Positions 33,797-43,052 of a stretch of DNA of 43,052 nt are shown piece by piece (the stretch's first letter is position 1; each line of letters starts with the position of its first letter). Where the stretch lies: positions 1 to 43,052 of IMG/VR virus record IMGVR_UViG_3300005512_000081; one strand, 5' to 3'. The notes under the pieces were generated by a model, which did not search any database, was not told the DNA's origin, and saw nothing but the letters and a program-made list of their open reading frames with translations. The position numbers were made by a program, and so were the translations under genes. This stretch comes from a virus. Taxonomy: Duplodnaviria; Caudoviricetes.

Positions 33797-34319
33797 AGAT
33801 TGGGCAATCAATTTTTTAGAGGTGCCTAATGAAAAAAACGGCTCTCTGAGTGTTTGTCCCTATGCAGGAAACGCTTTCAGGAAGGGTAAGGCTAGGGTAA
33901 TTGAAAAAAAACCGTCAGAAACGCTCTCAGAGGCTGTAAAGCAATTTGACCCTAAAAAAGACGATGTTTTAATCATTTTTAACACAAATTATGAATTATC
34001 GGCTTCTAGCCTGCACCATGAAGTAGATTCTTGGAATGAATGGAACTATGAAACAGGTTTATACCTGATGGCATTCCATCCAGACGAAGAAGGTGAGGCT
34101 GTTGAAATGTTTGGTACTTACGATTTTCTCAATGAAGCTGAATTAGATTACACCATGGTCTTTGTGCAAAAGATTGAACCATTAGACGATGCTGCTATCT
34201 TCTTAGAAGAAAAAGGTTATTACGATGATTGGTCTTTTGGGCAATACAAAGACTTGGTTTTAAAAAGAAGAGCTATCAGAGAAAAATTAAATAATATTAA
34301 AAGGGAGCGTTATCTTTAA
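33768..34319 (+). CDS. DUF1415-like protein (start ATG 33768)
   Basis: W...LEVP......CPYA...FHPD...Y....VQ....L..A...L...GYY..W. Confidence 0.7.
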   Translation: MEEKVRKELEDWAINFLEVPNEKNGSLSVCPYAGNAFRKGKARVIEKKPSETLSEAVKQFDPKKDDVLIIFNTNYELSASSLHHEVDSWNEWNYETGLYLMAFHPDEEGEAVEMFGTYDFLNEAELDYTMVFVQKIEPLDDAAIFLEEKGYYDDWSFGQYKDLVLKRRAIREKLNNIKRERYL

Positions 34320-34608
34320 CGCTGTGAATAAATACCTGCTGTAAAAGTTCTTCTTCAGTGCCGTAAGCATTCACAAACCTTTTCTTATACGGATGCCTTG
34401 ATATTGGTTCGTCCTTATTGCCTTTTCTGTGATGCTCAAAACACAAAGGCAAGATATCAAAATGACAATCTTTTTTAGTACGGCCATTAATGTGGTGTAT
34501 TTCAACCCGATAGTTGTAATTGCCTTTTTGTTTGCAGACGACACAAGGTTGTTGAGCAACTAGGCTCATATGTTCTTGTTCTGCTTTGGTTGGTTTTCTA
34601 CCCTTCAA
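34297..34608 (-). CDS. Ref-like / DUF968 HNH-type nuclease
   Basis: CVVC...EIHHI.G......LPLC.EHH...H..K..F...YGTEEELL. Confidence 0.8.
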   Translation of the reverse strand: MKGRKPTKAEQEHMSLVAQQPCVVCKQKGNYNYRVEIHHINGRTKKDCHFDILPLCFEHHRKGNKDEPISRHPYKKRFVNAYGTEEELLQQVFIHSVKDNAPF

Positions 34609-37600
34609 GACCCAATAACTTTCTTTGTTCTTCTTCTCTTAATATTTGACCAATATCTATTCCACTTAATGATGAGCCTTGTGCTGGCGGTTGAATAACA
34701 AAAGGAGCTGGTTGTGGTGCTGCTGTCACAGGGGGAGTTACCGGTGGTGCAGGTTCTGGAGTTATTGGTGCGGGTCTAGGAGCAACAACTTGTGCTGGTG
34801 CTTCTTCAGTTGGTGATTGCTCCATTAAAAGTTCTGTGGAACGTGGAAATATCGCAGATGTAAAATACGAAAACAATGGCCTTAAAAGCACCATTTTGTC
34901 TTCTTCCTTCTTGACCTTGACCATAAGAGCATCGAACAATAACTGACCATCTTGTTTTTTTCCACCCAACATAGCATCGTAAATCAAATCTTTAACAGCC
35001 ACATTAGGTATTTTGTTCAACAAATTTTGCACCGCCTGAGAACCAGCTGAAGCAGCAATCAGGGTGTTTTTCAGACCTACAGCCTCTGATATAACTGTAC
35101 CAGCAGTTGCACCTCCTGACCTTTCTAAAAAGGTTACAATAAAATCAGGAGCATTTTGCAAAATTTCTTCATCGCCTCTGACACCCAATAAATACTTTTC
35201 TACCTTTTCGCCTTGGCCAACAAATTTCTCGAGTCTGCTTTTTTGTACTTGGTCTATCATGCCTTTGTTAACCATGAATTTTATTAAAGAAGTATCTTGT
35301 TTTCCTTTTCTAAGGGGTTCAGTAAGCAGTTTTCTAAAAATTTCAAAACTAAAACCTTGTGAACCACTGCTGGCCATTTCATAAGCAAAATCAAACAAAG
35401 CAGTTTTCATACCCTCAACGGCACTGTCTTTATTTTTGGCAGAACTAACCACAGACCACATATCATCGAGTTCTTGTATAGGTTTTTTTGATTTTCCTAT
35501 AATTTCATGCAGAGCATAGGTTGGGTTTTCATCTTCTATAATTTTAGAAAAGAGTTTAACGTTTTTAAGTTTGTCTTTGTAAGCAGTTTGCATGGTGCCA
35601 GCTAAATCAAATAATTTTTTTTGCGTTTGGATATTTTTTAAATCGTTGTAAAGTTGTGGGAATCCCTTGAGTATTGGCTCATGGTCATTAAGAAACTTTT
35701 CCATTTTTGCTGGCACAAAATTCCCTTTGGTGTCTCTTGTTTCTAAAAACATTAATTGCAAAATGTTTTCTGTTGCCCCACGTAAAGACTTTGGCACATC
35801 CGACAAATCTTCTTTGGCTTTAAGAGCTATCTGTTCTGCCTTGATGCCACTTGGTAAGTTATCAAAAAGATTCTCAATGTAGTCGGCAACGTTTTGTATA
35901 TTTTGTATTTTAATATTGGTTTGTGATGCAGCACCTCTTTTAATATTGTCGTAAATCTCTTCTGGTTGCAAATACTTCTCGAGCTGCTTATCTTTTTTCT
36001 TTTGACTTGCTAAAAATCTTTGTGCAAACATTTCATTTTTTGATTTGGAGAACTGTATCGCAACTCTGTATGCCTCACTATTGACATTTTCAAAGATAGA
36101 ATCTAAATCTTCTAAAGTTTTGCCAGCCAATTTGGCGTATTCTCGAGCTAATTTGGTTTTTGGATTTGGCCCAGAAAGAGCATCACGCATACCCGCCAAT
36201 ACTTCGCTTCTAAAATTAACCAGCTCATCCGTGTCTAAACTAACGCTAGACAAAACGATTGGCTCATCGCCTTTTTTGATGTTATTGACGTTAACAGCAC
36301 GACCATCTTGCAGCATAATACGCCCAGACTTGTCTCTGGCTAAGAATTGCGAAAAATATTTAGTTACCGATTCTGGTAGGTTGAAACCGGTTGGCTTACT
36401 TTTGACAAGTTGGATAAATTCTTGCACAGAAGCGAAATTTTCTACATTGCCTAAAGCTTGTGGTTTAACGTTTTGCCATAAAGAATTTTCAATTTCATTG
36501 ACATTTTCTAAAACTTTATTTATTTCGTCATCAATAATTTCACCGATTTGTTCAGGCCGCATATTTTCTTTGTTTAGGTTTTTTGACCCCTGCAATATGG
36601 CTTCTTCAGTTGCTCTTATTCTATTCCTTATCAGTGTGTCAAGACTTCCTTTTCGCATTTGTGCTGCCACTTTCATGGCTTCAGGGTCTCCAGTATCCAC
36701 CAATACTTTAAGAATTTTTTGCATGGTCATGTAATCGTTAATTGCTTTTTGTTGCAATTTGGGTGCTCGTTTATCGCCTAAGCTTTTTTCTATTAAAACT
36801 AAAGTTTCATCGCCTGTTTTTGCCCCCAGCGAAAGATTGGGCATTTCGAAACCTTCTGGCAAATCAAAATCTGTGTCGCTATTTATCCTTTGTCTTATCA
36901 CATCAATATCGCCTTCAGAATCTTGTATAATTTTTTGTAATTTTTTAGCGGCAATTTGTTCTTTACCGCCTTTCCCTGCTGCAACCAATCCTTTTGACAC
37001 TATGGTTTGTATTGGCCCATAAAAAAGTCTTGCATATTCAAGGGGGTTGGCAACACTTGAACCTACTACCTCACCAAGCAACCTATAACCTGTTTGGCTC
37101 GGAGCAACTTCTTCAGCAAAAGCGGCTCCAGCTGAGGCACCCGCTAAAGCACCAAGCTCAAAGCCTGTGCTCAAAATAGGTCTTTGCTTATACTGTTTAA
37201 CTATTTTGTTTAAAAAAGTTCCAATTACTGGTGTTTTTTTGCCGTCAGGTTTGAAGAAATTTATTGCTCCGACACCCGGTGTAATCATTCCTGCAGTTTC
37301 ACCAGCGGCATAAGCTGAACGCTCATCAAAAGATATTTCATCCATTTCCGGCATAATGCTTTCTAAAGGCACAAAACTTGCAAAGGTACCAGCTAAAGGT
37401 GCGGTAATGAATTTAGTGGCTCCGGGGCTATATTTGGCTGCAGCAGTAGCTGCTGCCGTTGGTGTTAAAGATTTAAGTAAGCCCCTTATATAACCCTGAG
37501 CAAATCGTGTTGTTGTTCCTTTTCTTTCAATTTTTGCAATTGCATCAAGCAAATCTACTTCGCTTAAGTTTGTGTTAGCAATAATTGAGTCTATAGCTTC

Positions 37601-37834
37601 CGCACCGACAAGTGTGCGGTCGCCTGATTGATAGACAAGATTTGATTTATTTGCCAAATTTTTAAGAACTTCTTGTTGAGCCTCTAAAACACTATAGGGT
37701 TCACCATTTGGAAAAACATTTTTATTTTGCAACGCTTCAGCTGATGGATTGGTTAGTAGTGTGACTGCTTCATAAACAGGATAGCCAGCAGTTGTTTCAC
37801 TGTCGAATTTAATTTTGTTTTTTGTTTCACTCAT
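34598..37834 (-). CDS. large internal virion/ejection protein
   Basis: 1078 aa, alpha-helical, with Gly/Ala hydrophobic segments; last gene of the ejection-like cluster. Confidence 0.7.
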   Translation of the reverse strand: MSETKNKIKFDSETTAGYPVYEAVTLLTNPSAEALQNKNVFPNGEPYSVLEAQQEVLKNLANKSNLVYQSGDRTLVGAEAIDSIIANTNLSEVDLLDAIAKIERKGTTTRFAQGYIRGLLKSLTPTAAATAAAKYSPGATKFITAPLAGTFASFVPLESIMPEMDEISFDERSAYAAGETAGMITPGVGAINFFKPDGKKTPVIGTFLNKIVKQYKQRPILSTGFELGALAGASAGAAFAEEVAPSQTGYRLLGEVVGSSVANPLEYARLFYGPIQTIVSKGLVAAGKGGKEQIAAKKLQKIIQDSEGDIDVIRQRINSDTDFDLPEGFEMPNLSLGAKTGDETLVLIEKSLGDKRAPKLQQKAINDYMTMQKILKVLVDTGDPEAMKVAAQMRKGSLDTLIRNRIRATEEAILQGSKNLNKENMRPEQIGEIIDDEINKVLENVNEIENSLWQNVKPQALGNVENFASVQEFIQLVKSKPTGFNLPESVTKYFSQFLARDKSGRIMLQDGRAVNVNNIKKGDEPIVLSSVSLDTDELVNFRSEVLAGMRDALSGPNPKTKLAREYAKLAGKTLEDLDSIFENVNSEAYRVAIQFSKSKNEMFAQRFLASQKKKDKQLEKYLQPEEIYDNIKRGAASQTNIKIQNIQNVADYIENLFDNLPSGIKAEQIALKAKEDLSDVPKSLRGATENILQLMFLETRDTKGNFVPAKMEKFLNDHEPILKGFPQLYNDLKNIQTQKKLFDLAGTMQTAYKDKLKNVKLFSKIIEDENPTYALHEIIGKSKKPIQELDDMWSVVSSAKNKDSAVEGMKTALFDFAYEMASSGSQGFSFEIFRKLLTEPLRKGKQDTSLIKFMVNKGMIDQVQKSRLEKFVGQGEKVEKYLLGVRGDEEILQNAPDFIVTFLERSGGATAGTVISEAVGLKNTLIAASAGSQAVQNLLNKIPNVAVKDLIYDAMLGGKKQDGQLLFDALMVKVKKEEDKMVLLRPLFSYFTSAIFPRSTELLMEQSPTEEAPAQVVAPRPAPITPEPAPPVTPPVTAAPQPAPFVIQPPAQGSSLSGIDIGQILREEEQRKLLGLEG

Positions 37835-39816
37835 TGCTTCAAATTTTTATCTAAATAATCACCAACATCGTTAGCATCAATTATAACATCCGGACCAACG
37901 CCAAGTGCACTTAACAAAATATTTTGTCGCCTAAGGGCATCTTCTAAAGCAGGTAAAGCAAGTCTTACAGAAGATACTTGGTCAGCAGTATACCCTGTAG
38001 GGTCAGCTAAAATATTTTGAAGTCTGGTTTTTAATTCTTTTATAAGCCGTATGTTGTCTTCGGTATCTGATATTGCATCCGTAATACCCAAACCTCTGTC
38101 AAGGTACTCTGCTGTTCTTTTTTCATACCTTTGTATTTGTGCTTCTGTCTCTCTGTCAGCCCCTATGTAAGCGTCACGCAAAGCATTTAGTGTTTCGGAC
38201 CTTACCGTTTCAATAAACGCTCTAGCTTTTGATTCCTCTGGTATGGCAGCCTCTTGTGTGAAAAAACTTGCAACTCTATTTAGTTGTGTGGTGGCAAACC
38301 CTCGGAGACCGAATAAAGCTCTTAAGTCTAAATTGTTTGCTATTTCTTGGTCTTCTGGAGACAGCTGGTCAGTAGGGGTTGTAATGTATTTATCGGCGAA
38401 TTCTGTTTTTTTATCATCAGATAAATCATAAAACCTTTTAGGCAAAAGAAATTGTTTTTGTTCCGCATTTAGTTTGTCACTTGTTTCAACTGCTCTTACC
38501 AATTGAGCGTTTTGAGATGGACCTGTTAAAAGAGAAGAAAAGTCTCTTTTTATTTTTTCGATTGGTGCTGACAAAATATTATTTATCTCAGCGTTAGATA
38601 AAAGATTTAGCTCTTGTGCCCCAGTAATTGGATTAATTTTTGGCGTAGTGTAGTCATAAACTGCAGTTACAAATGAATCGTCTTGTGCTGTAGATAACCC
38701 CGTTTTGTAATTGGGGCCATATTTACTAAACACCTCTAAATTCTTTGCACCCGTCCCTCCTGTAACAATTTCTTCGTCCAGTACACCTATACCCAAAATA
38801 GATTTAATTTCATCAATTTCACCCTCTTGTATAATGCCTTTGCTCTTTGCATATTCTAAAATTCTAATTTTGTCTGGGTCCTTTCCTTGTCCCAGCATAA
38901 ATTGTTTCACCTCGTCATCAGTAGTGTTAATGCCTTTTTCTTTGAGAACGTTCAACACTAAGTTTTTGCTATCTCCAAGCAAATAGTCACGAATTATTGG
39001 GTCGTTTTGCTCGAGCAAACCGATATCAATTAAATAATTAAGATGCTGGATTTTTTCACCGGGGTCCTTTATATCCAAAAGATATGCTTGACCACGTGGA
39101 GACCTTGGGTCTATTCCTGCTATCATCAAATTCTTAAATTCGTCAGGTAAGGCTTTAAACCTTTCGAGTTGACTTTTGGTTTTGTTTCTTTCTTCGTCTA
39201 ACACGGCCTGCAAGGCTGACATTTTAAGTTGTTTGTCTTGTGCATCTTGTGTGCTTCGAATCTTTTGCAAAAAAACAGGAAGGTTTTGAAAAGCATCGGC
39301 AAAGTTTTGGACAAAACTACGGCCACCGGGTGCGGCAGCCAAAGCCAAGCCACTTTTTGCAATTTCAAGAAATGTTAAATACTTGGTATTTTCTTCATCC
39401 ATACCCAATAAACCTTTGAACATTTTGGTTCTTGCATCTATTTTTTGCATAATTTCTTCTTGAGTTGCTGGTTCTTCATCTTGAAAAAATTTTTCTAAAA
39501 AAGATACATCGTCCAAATTGTCGACATCTCCTTCACTAAATTCTAAAGGCTTGTCGAGACCAAATTCTTCTGGTTGTGCTATTTCTTGTTTGACCTCTTC
39601 TCTTTCTTTATCGGTCTGTTCTTGGTTTTTTAAATCAATTAGCCTTCGGTCGATTGTATCCAAATCCAAAGGGGGTAATGTAGGAGTGAAGTCTGTTTGC
39701 ACAAAACTTCTGACAGGAATACTGGTGTCTATTGGTTGATATTGGGGTGCAAAAACATCTATTTGATTTTGCAGGTAAATGTTATCCAATCCTTGACGTA
39801 AAAGGTCATCAGCCAT
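37831..39816 (-). CDS. internal virion/ejection protein
   Basis: 661 aa; L..A..GLALAA hydrophobic patch followed by coiled coil, typical of ejection proteins. Confidence 0.65.
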   Translation of the reverse strand: MADDLLRQGLDNIYLQNQIDVFAPQYQPIDTSIPVRSFVQTDFTPTLPPLDLDTIDRRLIDLKNQEQTDKEREEVKQEIAQPEEFGLDKPLEFSEGDVDNLDDVSFLEKFFQDEEPATQEEIMQKIDARTKMFKGLLGMDEENTKYLTFLEIAKSGLALAAAPGGRSFVQNFADAFQNLPVFLQKIRSTQDAQDKQLKMSALQAVLDEERNKTKSQLERFKALPDEFKNLMIAGIDPRSPRGQAYLLDIKDPGEKIQHLNYLIDIGLLEQNDPIIRDYLLGDSKNLVLNVLKEKGINTTDDEVKQFMLGQGKDPDKIRILEYAKSKGIIQEGEIDEIKSILGIGVLDEEIVTGGTGAKNLEVFSKYGPNYKTGLSTAQDDSFVTAVYDYTTPKINPITGAQELNLLSNAEINNILSAPIEKIKRDFSSLLTGPSQNAQLVRAVETSDKLNAEQKQFLLPKRFYDLSDDKKTEFADKYITTPTDQLSPEDQEIANNLDLRALFGLRGFATTQLNRVASFFTQEAAIPEESKARAFIETVRSETLNALRDAYIGADRETEAQIQRYEKRTAEYLDRGLGITDAISDTEDNIRLIKELKTRLQNILADPTGYTADQVSSVRLALPALEDALRRQNILLSALGVGPDVIIDANDVGDYLDKNLKQ

Positions 39817-40272
39817 TTAGCCCTCCATATCAGGTTGTACCCCTAATACTCCTGACCTATCTAAAGTCTCGACCATTGACGGTTGTGCCATTTGGTCTGG
39901 TTGGACTCTAGCTACAGACTCATCCATAACCATGCCTTGCTCATCGAGCATACCTCTAGCTTGCAATTCAATGACCACTATAGGTTGCACCAAAGCTAAA
40001 ACTGAATCTGGTGTCATTTGGGCATCTTCATTACCAACTATTAAACCAAGTTCTTGTTTTCTAAATTCTATTGGTTTGACATCACCACGGATAGCATTAA
40101 TCATTTCTTCAAAGTTTTCTGCTTGGTCAATACCTTGACCCATTTCTTCACCTATGCTTTGACCAATCATCATAGCTTCTTGGTCTTCAGCCATTTGTGC
40201 TTCCATTACAGGGTCAGCAAGACCACCTTCTTGAAACATTTGTCTACTCATATAACTTCTATCCATTGGCAT
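39817..40272 (-). CDS. acidic virion-associated protein
   Basis: R.MFQEGG N-terminus; MINAIRGD...R..EL...VG..DA..TPDSVLALVQP motif. Confidence 0.7.
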   Translation of the reverse strand: MPMDRSYMSRQMFQEGGLADPVMEAQMAEDQEAMMIGQSIGEEMGQGIDQAENFEEMINAIRGDVKPIEFRKQELGLIVGNEDAQMTPDSVLALVQPIVVIELQARGMLDEQGMVMDESVARVQPDQMAQPSMVETLDRSGVLGVQPDMEG

Positions 40273-40281
40273 AATTTCCTC

Positions 40282-41544
40282 CTAACCAAACATTTGTCTT
40301 CCAGCTCCATAAGCACCTAAGCCAGCAATACCTAAACCAGCTACCTGCTGGAATGGTGAAGCACCGGGCTGTGACTGCATTGTTATAGCCTGCTGTGTAC
40401 TTGGAGCACCTCTATAAATATCTGAAACAAAACCTAATCTTTGGTATGGTTCATACATTTGTTGTAACTGGGATTGTCTAGCAGCATCAAGTATATTTTG
40501 CTGTTGCTGCTGTCCCATGCCACCTATTCTAGCAAGTCTCTCTATGTCCTGTCCAACAAGTTGCTGTCCTAGTTGACCTAGACCTGCTTGTTGTTGTGCT
40601 AGAGAACCAATACCCATACCCATTTGACCAATTGCTTGGCCTCTGGCTAGTCCTGCTGCTGCTTGTCTTTGAGCTATATCGCCTAATAAACCAGCTTGGG
40701 CTAGTCTTTGTTGTTGTTGTGCTTGTTCAAAGCCTGATAGTGCTTGTGCTCTTTGTAATTGCGATTGTAGGCCTGCTAGACCTAATTGTTGGTATTGACC
40801 AGCTATTTGTGACTGTAATCCTGCCAATTGTCCTCTTCGTGCTTTTTCTTGTTCAAAGGCTTGTTGTGCTTGTTGTTGTGCTCTTTGGAAACCTGCACTT
40901 CTGATAGCACCAACTTGCTCTGCAGCACCTCTAGCAGCAGCTTCTCTTTGCTCTTCGCCTAGCAGTCTGCTACGTGAACCACCAAAAGCTCCTGATTGCA
41001 ATGCTTGTGCTCTTCTTTGCACATCTGATTTTGCTAAACCTTCTCTAACGTCAGCTAAGGTTTGTTGGACAACTTGTTCTTCGTAAGGGTCATAAAAACC
41101 TTTTGCCATGCTAGGGTCGTATAAACCAGCAATGCCACCAGCAGTTTCTCTGGCTTCTCTATAACCTAAAGCTGCTTGTGTTGGGTCAAATTGTGAACCT
41201 CTAACTATGTCTCTAGCTTCAAAAGATATTGGTCTAGCTTCTCTAGCTGCTACCAAAGACTCTCTAAAGTCGGCAGGGGTTAAAGCTTGAATACCAGCTC
41301 TTTGTGCTGCCACTGCTTCTTGTGTACCTAATCTTGCTTGTTGTAAGTAAGGTTGATAGCCACCAACCCCAGCTCTGGTCATTTGGAAGGCTGCCAATTG
41401 GTCGGGAGTAAAGCCAGCCACCATTTGTGGTGGTAAAGGCAGTGGTTGTTGACCAAGTTTTAAAGCTGCGTCTAAGAGAGCAAGTTTCCTTGCTTCGACC
41501 TCAGGTGCTTCTCTTGAAATTTGTGTTACTACGCCGTCTGCCAT
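40282..41544 (-). CDS. Gln/Ala-rich DNA pilot/ejection protein
   Basis: VAGF...Q..A, DPY...VV, GAFGGSR and YEPYQRL motifs; C-terminal GLG.AGLG. Confidence 0.75.
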   Translation of the reverse strand: MADGVVTQISREAPEVEARKLALLDAALKLGQQPLPLPPQMVAGFTPDQLAAFQMTRAGVGGYQPYLQQARLGTQEAVAAQRAGIQALTPADFRESLVAAREARPISFEARDIVRGSQFDPTQAALGYREARETAGGIAGLYDPSMAKGFYDPYEEQVVQQTLADVREGLAKSDVQRRAQALQSGAFGGSRSRLLGEEQREAAARGAAEQVGAIRSAGFQRAQQQAQQAFEQEKARRGQLAGLQSQIAGQYQQLGLAGLQSQLQRAQALSGFEQAQQQQRLAQAGLLGDIAQRQAAAGLARGQAIGQMGMGIGSLAQQQAGLGQLGQQLVGQDIERLARIGGMGQQQQQNILDAARQSQLQQMYEPYQRLGFVSDIYRGAPSTQQAITMQSQPGASPFQQVAGLGIAGLGAYGAGRQMFG

Positions 41545-43049
41545 TATGCCATATCCTCAAATAAACTCATTAAACCATACATTAATTTAGAGCCATCTTC
41601 TCTACTACCATGACCAGCTCCTCTTACTGCTTGAGCGGTCATAACAAACTCTCCATCGGATAACATCGCTGGAATATCATCGGAAGTTCCAGTTCCGGGT
41701 CCAACAGATTCACCACCTTCTCTCATATCCAATTCTACTACGCCACCGTCAGCATAGCCAGCTACTAAGGGTTGATATACTGGCATTCCATAATATGGTG
41801 ATGTGGCAACTGGGGCAAAACTGTATTGAGCAATCATTTCTGGTGTTGCTCCTTGCATGATTGCTTTTTGTTCTTCTGTCAATTCCATTTCTGGAACTTT
41901 GGTCCCTTCTGAAATTAAGGCTCCAGCTGCTGCTAGTTTTAATGGGTCATACCCAAACACATCTGTTCCCGCAATCGCTAGGTCTTGACCAAATGCTTTA
42001 AAAGGCTGTTTCATGTAATTATTAATTTTGGAAAAGAACCCTTCTTTAGTAGCTGAAGTTGCTGCAGCATCAGAAGCTATTTGACTTGCAGTATTTAAAT
42101 CAGCTCCTGAAAGCTGTAATTGTTGAATAGCATTCTGTACATCAGCACTGACAACACCTGATTGTGCTAGTGTAGGGTCAAATTGTAATGGACCTCCAGC
42201 TTGAGCACCAAGTTCTTGTACTGTTGTGCCATAATCGGTAGTAAATTCAGTTGGTATATCAATAGGTTGTTCTGATGTAAGTTTGCTTAAATCTTGCATA
42301 CCTTCCAATGTGCCTTGAACGTCAACTGCTTGACCGGTTGCAACTAAGTTTTCTGCTGCTTGTGCTCTTCTAGCTGAAAGAATGCTTTGATAATCTTTGT
42401 CATTAACACCTTTGTACTTGAAAGCATCGGTAAATTTACCGCCCTCTTGATTTGCCATGCTAAAGCCTTTTGCAATACCACCAGCTAAAGCACCATAACC
42501 AGCACCTCTTACGGCGGATTTAATGCCACCCGGTGCACCGGCAAAGAAACCTGTAACAGCCGATTTAGCAATTGGGTCTAAGCCCTGTGACAAAAATCCG
42601 CCTATGCCTGCTGATAAGCCAGACAACAAAGCATCTCTAGTTGATTCACCAGCTATTTTGCCACCGACTGCTCGCCCAAGGCCAGCACCAATGGCACCGC
42701 CCACTCCGGGTCCACCTATAACTGTACCAACTATAGTAAGAATTGTTGGAGCTGCTCTTTTAAGGACTTTACCAACCCTCTTTATAAAGCCCGGTATATA
42801 GCCTTTAATGCCACTGTCTAAGTCATAGCCCGGACCAAACATTTGAAGCATTTGTTTTTCTTGTGGGGTGACGGCTACCAATTCAGTATCCATTGGTGCA
42901 CCACCACTTAGGGCTTGTTGTCTATTGAGGCCGGCTAAACCGCCATATTCAAAATTTTGTCTGTTTAATAAAACGTTGCGTTGTTGTAATGCTCTTTCTC
43001 TTTCTTGGTTTCTAATAGAACCAACCATATCCATAAGACGATTTTGCAT
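41544..43049 (-). CDS. internal virion protein with glycine-zipper and GPGTGTSDDIPAMLSDGEFV motif (may extend beyond the window)
   Basis: GxxxG-rich hydrophobic segment; conserved C-terminal motif also known from tape-measure/ejection proteins. Confidence 0.75.
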   Translation of the reverse strand: MQNRLMDMVGSIRNQERERALQQRNVLLNRQNFEYGGLAGLNRQQALSGGAPMDTELVAVTPQEKQMLQMFGPGYDLDSGIKGYIPGFIKRVGKVLKRAAPTILTIVGTVIGGPGVGGAIGAGLGRAVGGKIAGESTRDALLSGLSAGIGGFLSQGLDPIAKSAVTGFFAGAPGGIKSAVRGAGYGALAGGIAKGFSMANQEGGKFTDAFKYKGVNDKDYQSILSARRAQAAENLVATGQAVDVQGTLEGMQDLSKLTSEQPIDIPTEFTTDYGTTVQELGAQAGGPLQFDPTLAQSGVVSADVQNAIQQLQLSGADLNTASQIASDAAATSATKEGFFSKINNYMKQPFKAFGQDLAIAGTDVFGYDPLKLAAAGALISEGTKVPEMELTEEQKAIMQGATPEMIAQYSFAPVATSPYYGMPVYQPLVAGYADGGVVELDMREGGESVGPGTGTSDDIPAMLSDGEFVMTAQAVRGAGHGSREDGSKLMYGLMSLFEDMA

Positions 43050-43052
43050 TCC

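Noticed and set aside
36045-36734. 229-aa plus-strand ORF and the other antisense ORFs inside long genes
   Set aside because: They are fully antisense to coherent genes, have the Ser/Leu/Phe-rich composition typical of shadow frames, and show no motifs.

Overview
The window is most of a low-GC tailed-phage (Caudoviricetes) genome. Its gene order and protein motifs match marine podovirus-like phages of the broad HTVC010P/uncultured-marine type. The host cannot be determined from sequence. Minus strand 1-16.8 kb is morphogenesis: TerL, portal, a Pro/Thr-rich protein, GroES, scaffold, a Mu-gpT-type major capsid, an inserted Hsp20 cassette, small basic proteins and head-tail/tail genes. 16.8-24.9 kb is an AT-rich early/accessory region separating TerS from TerL. 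It holds ArdC, acidic DNA-mimic candidates, many micro membrane peptides, repeated sigma70 promoter/terminator modules, a possible iteron origin and several candidate structured RNAs. 25.0-28.1 kb holds two paralogous modular proteins with a shared N-terminal domain, different middles and a shared C-terminal F-K-x-G-G-x-V-D-K-P-L-Y tag. 28-34.6 kb is recombination/replication: PD-(D/E)xK nucleases, SSB, SSAP, Prim-Pol/helicase and a Ref-like HNH nuclease. 34.6-43 kb holds putative internal virion/ejection proteins. I recognised no integrase, family A/B DNA polymerase, tRNA or CRISPR array. The best candidate for an undescribed system is the swappable-payload paralog pair, together with a hydrophobic-x-x-G-G peptide motif shared with other presumed virion proteins. 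Next are the candidate noncoding RNAs. All family names come from recalled motifs, not database searches.
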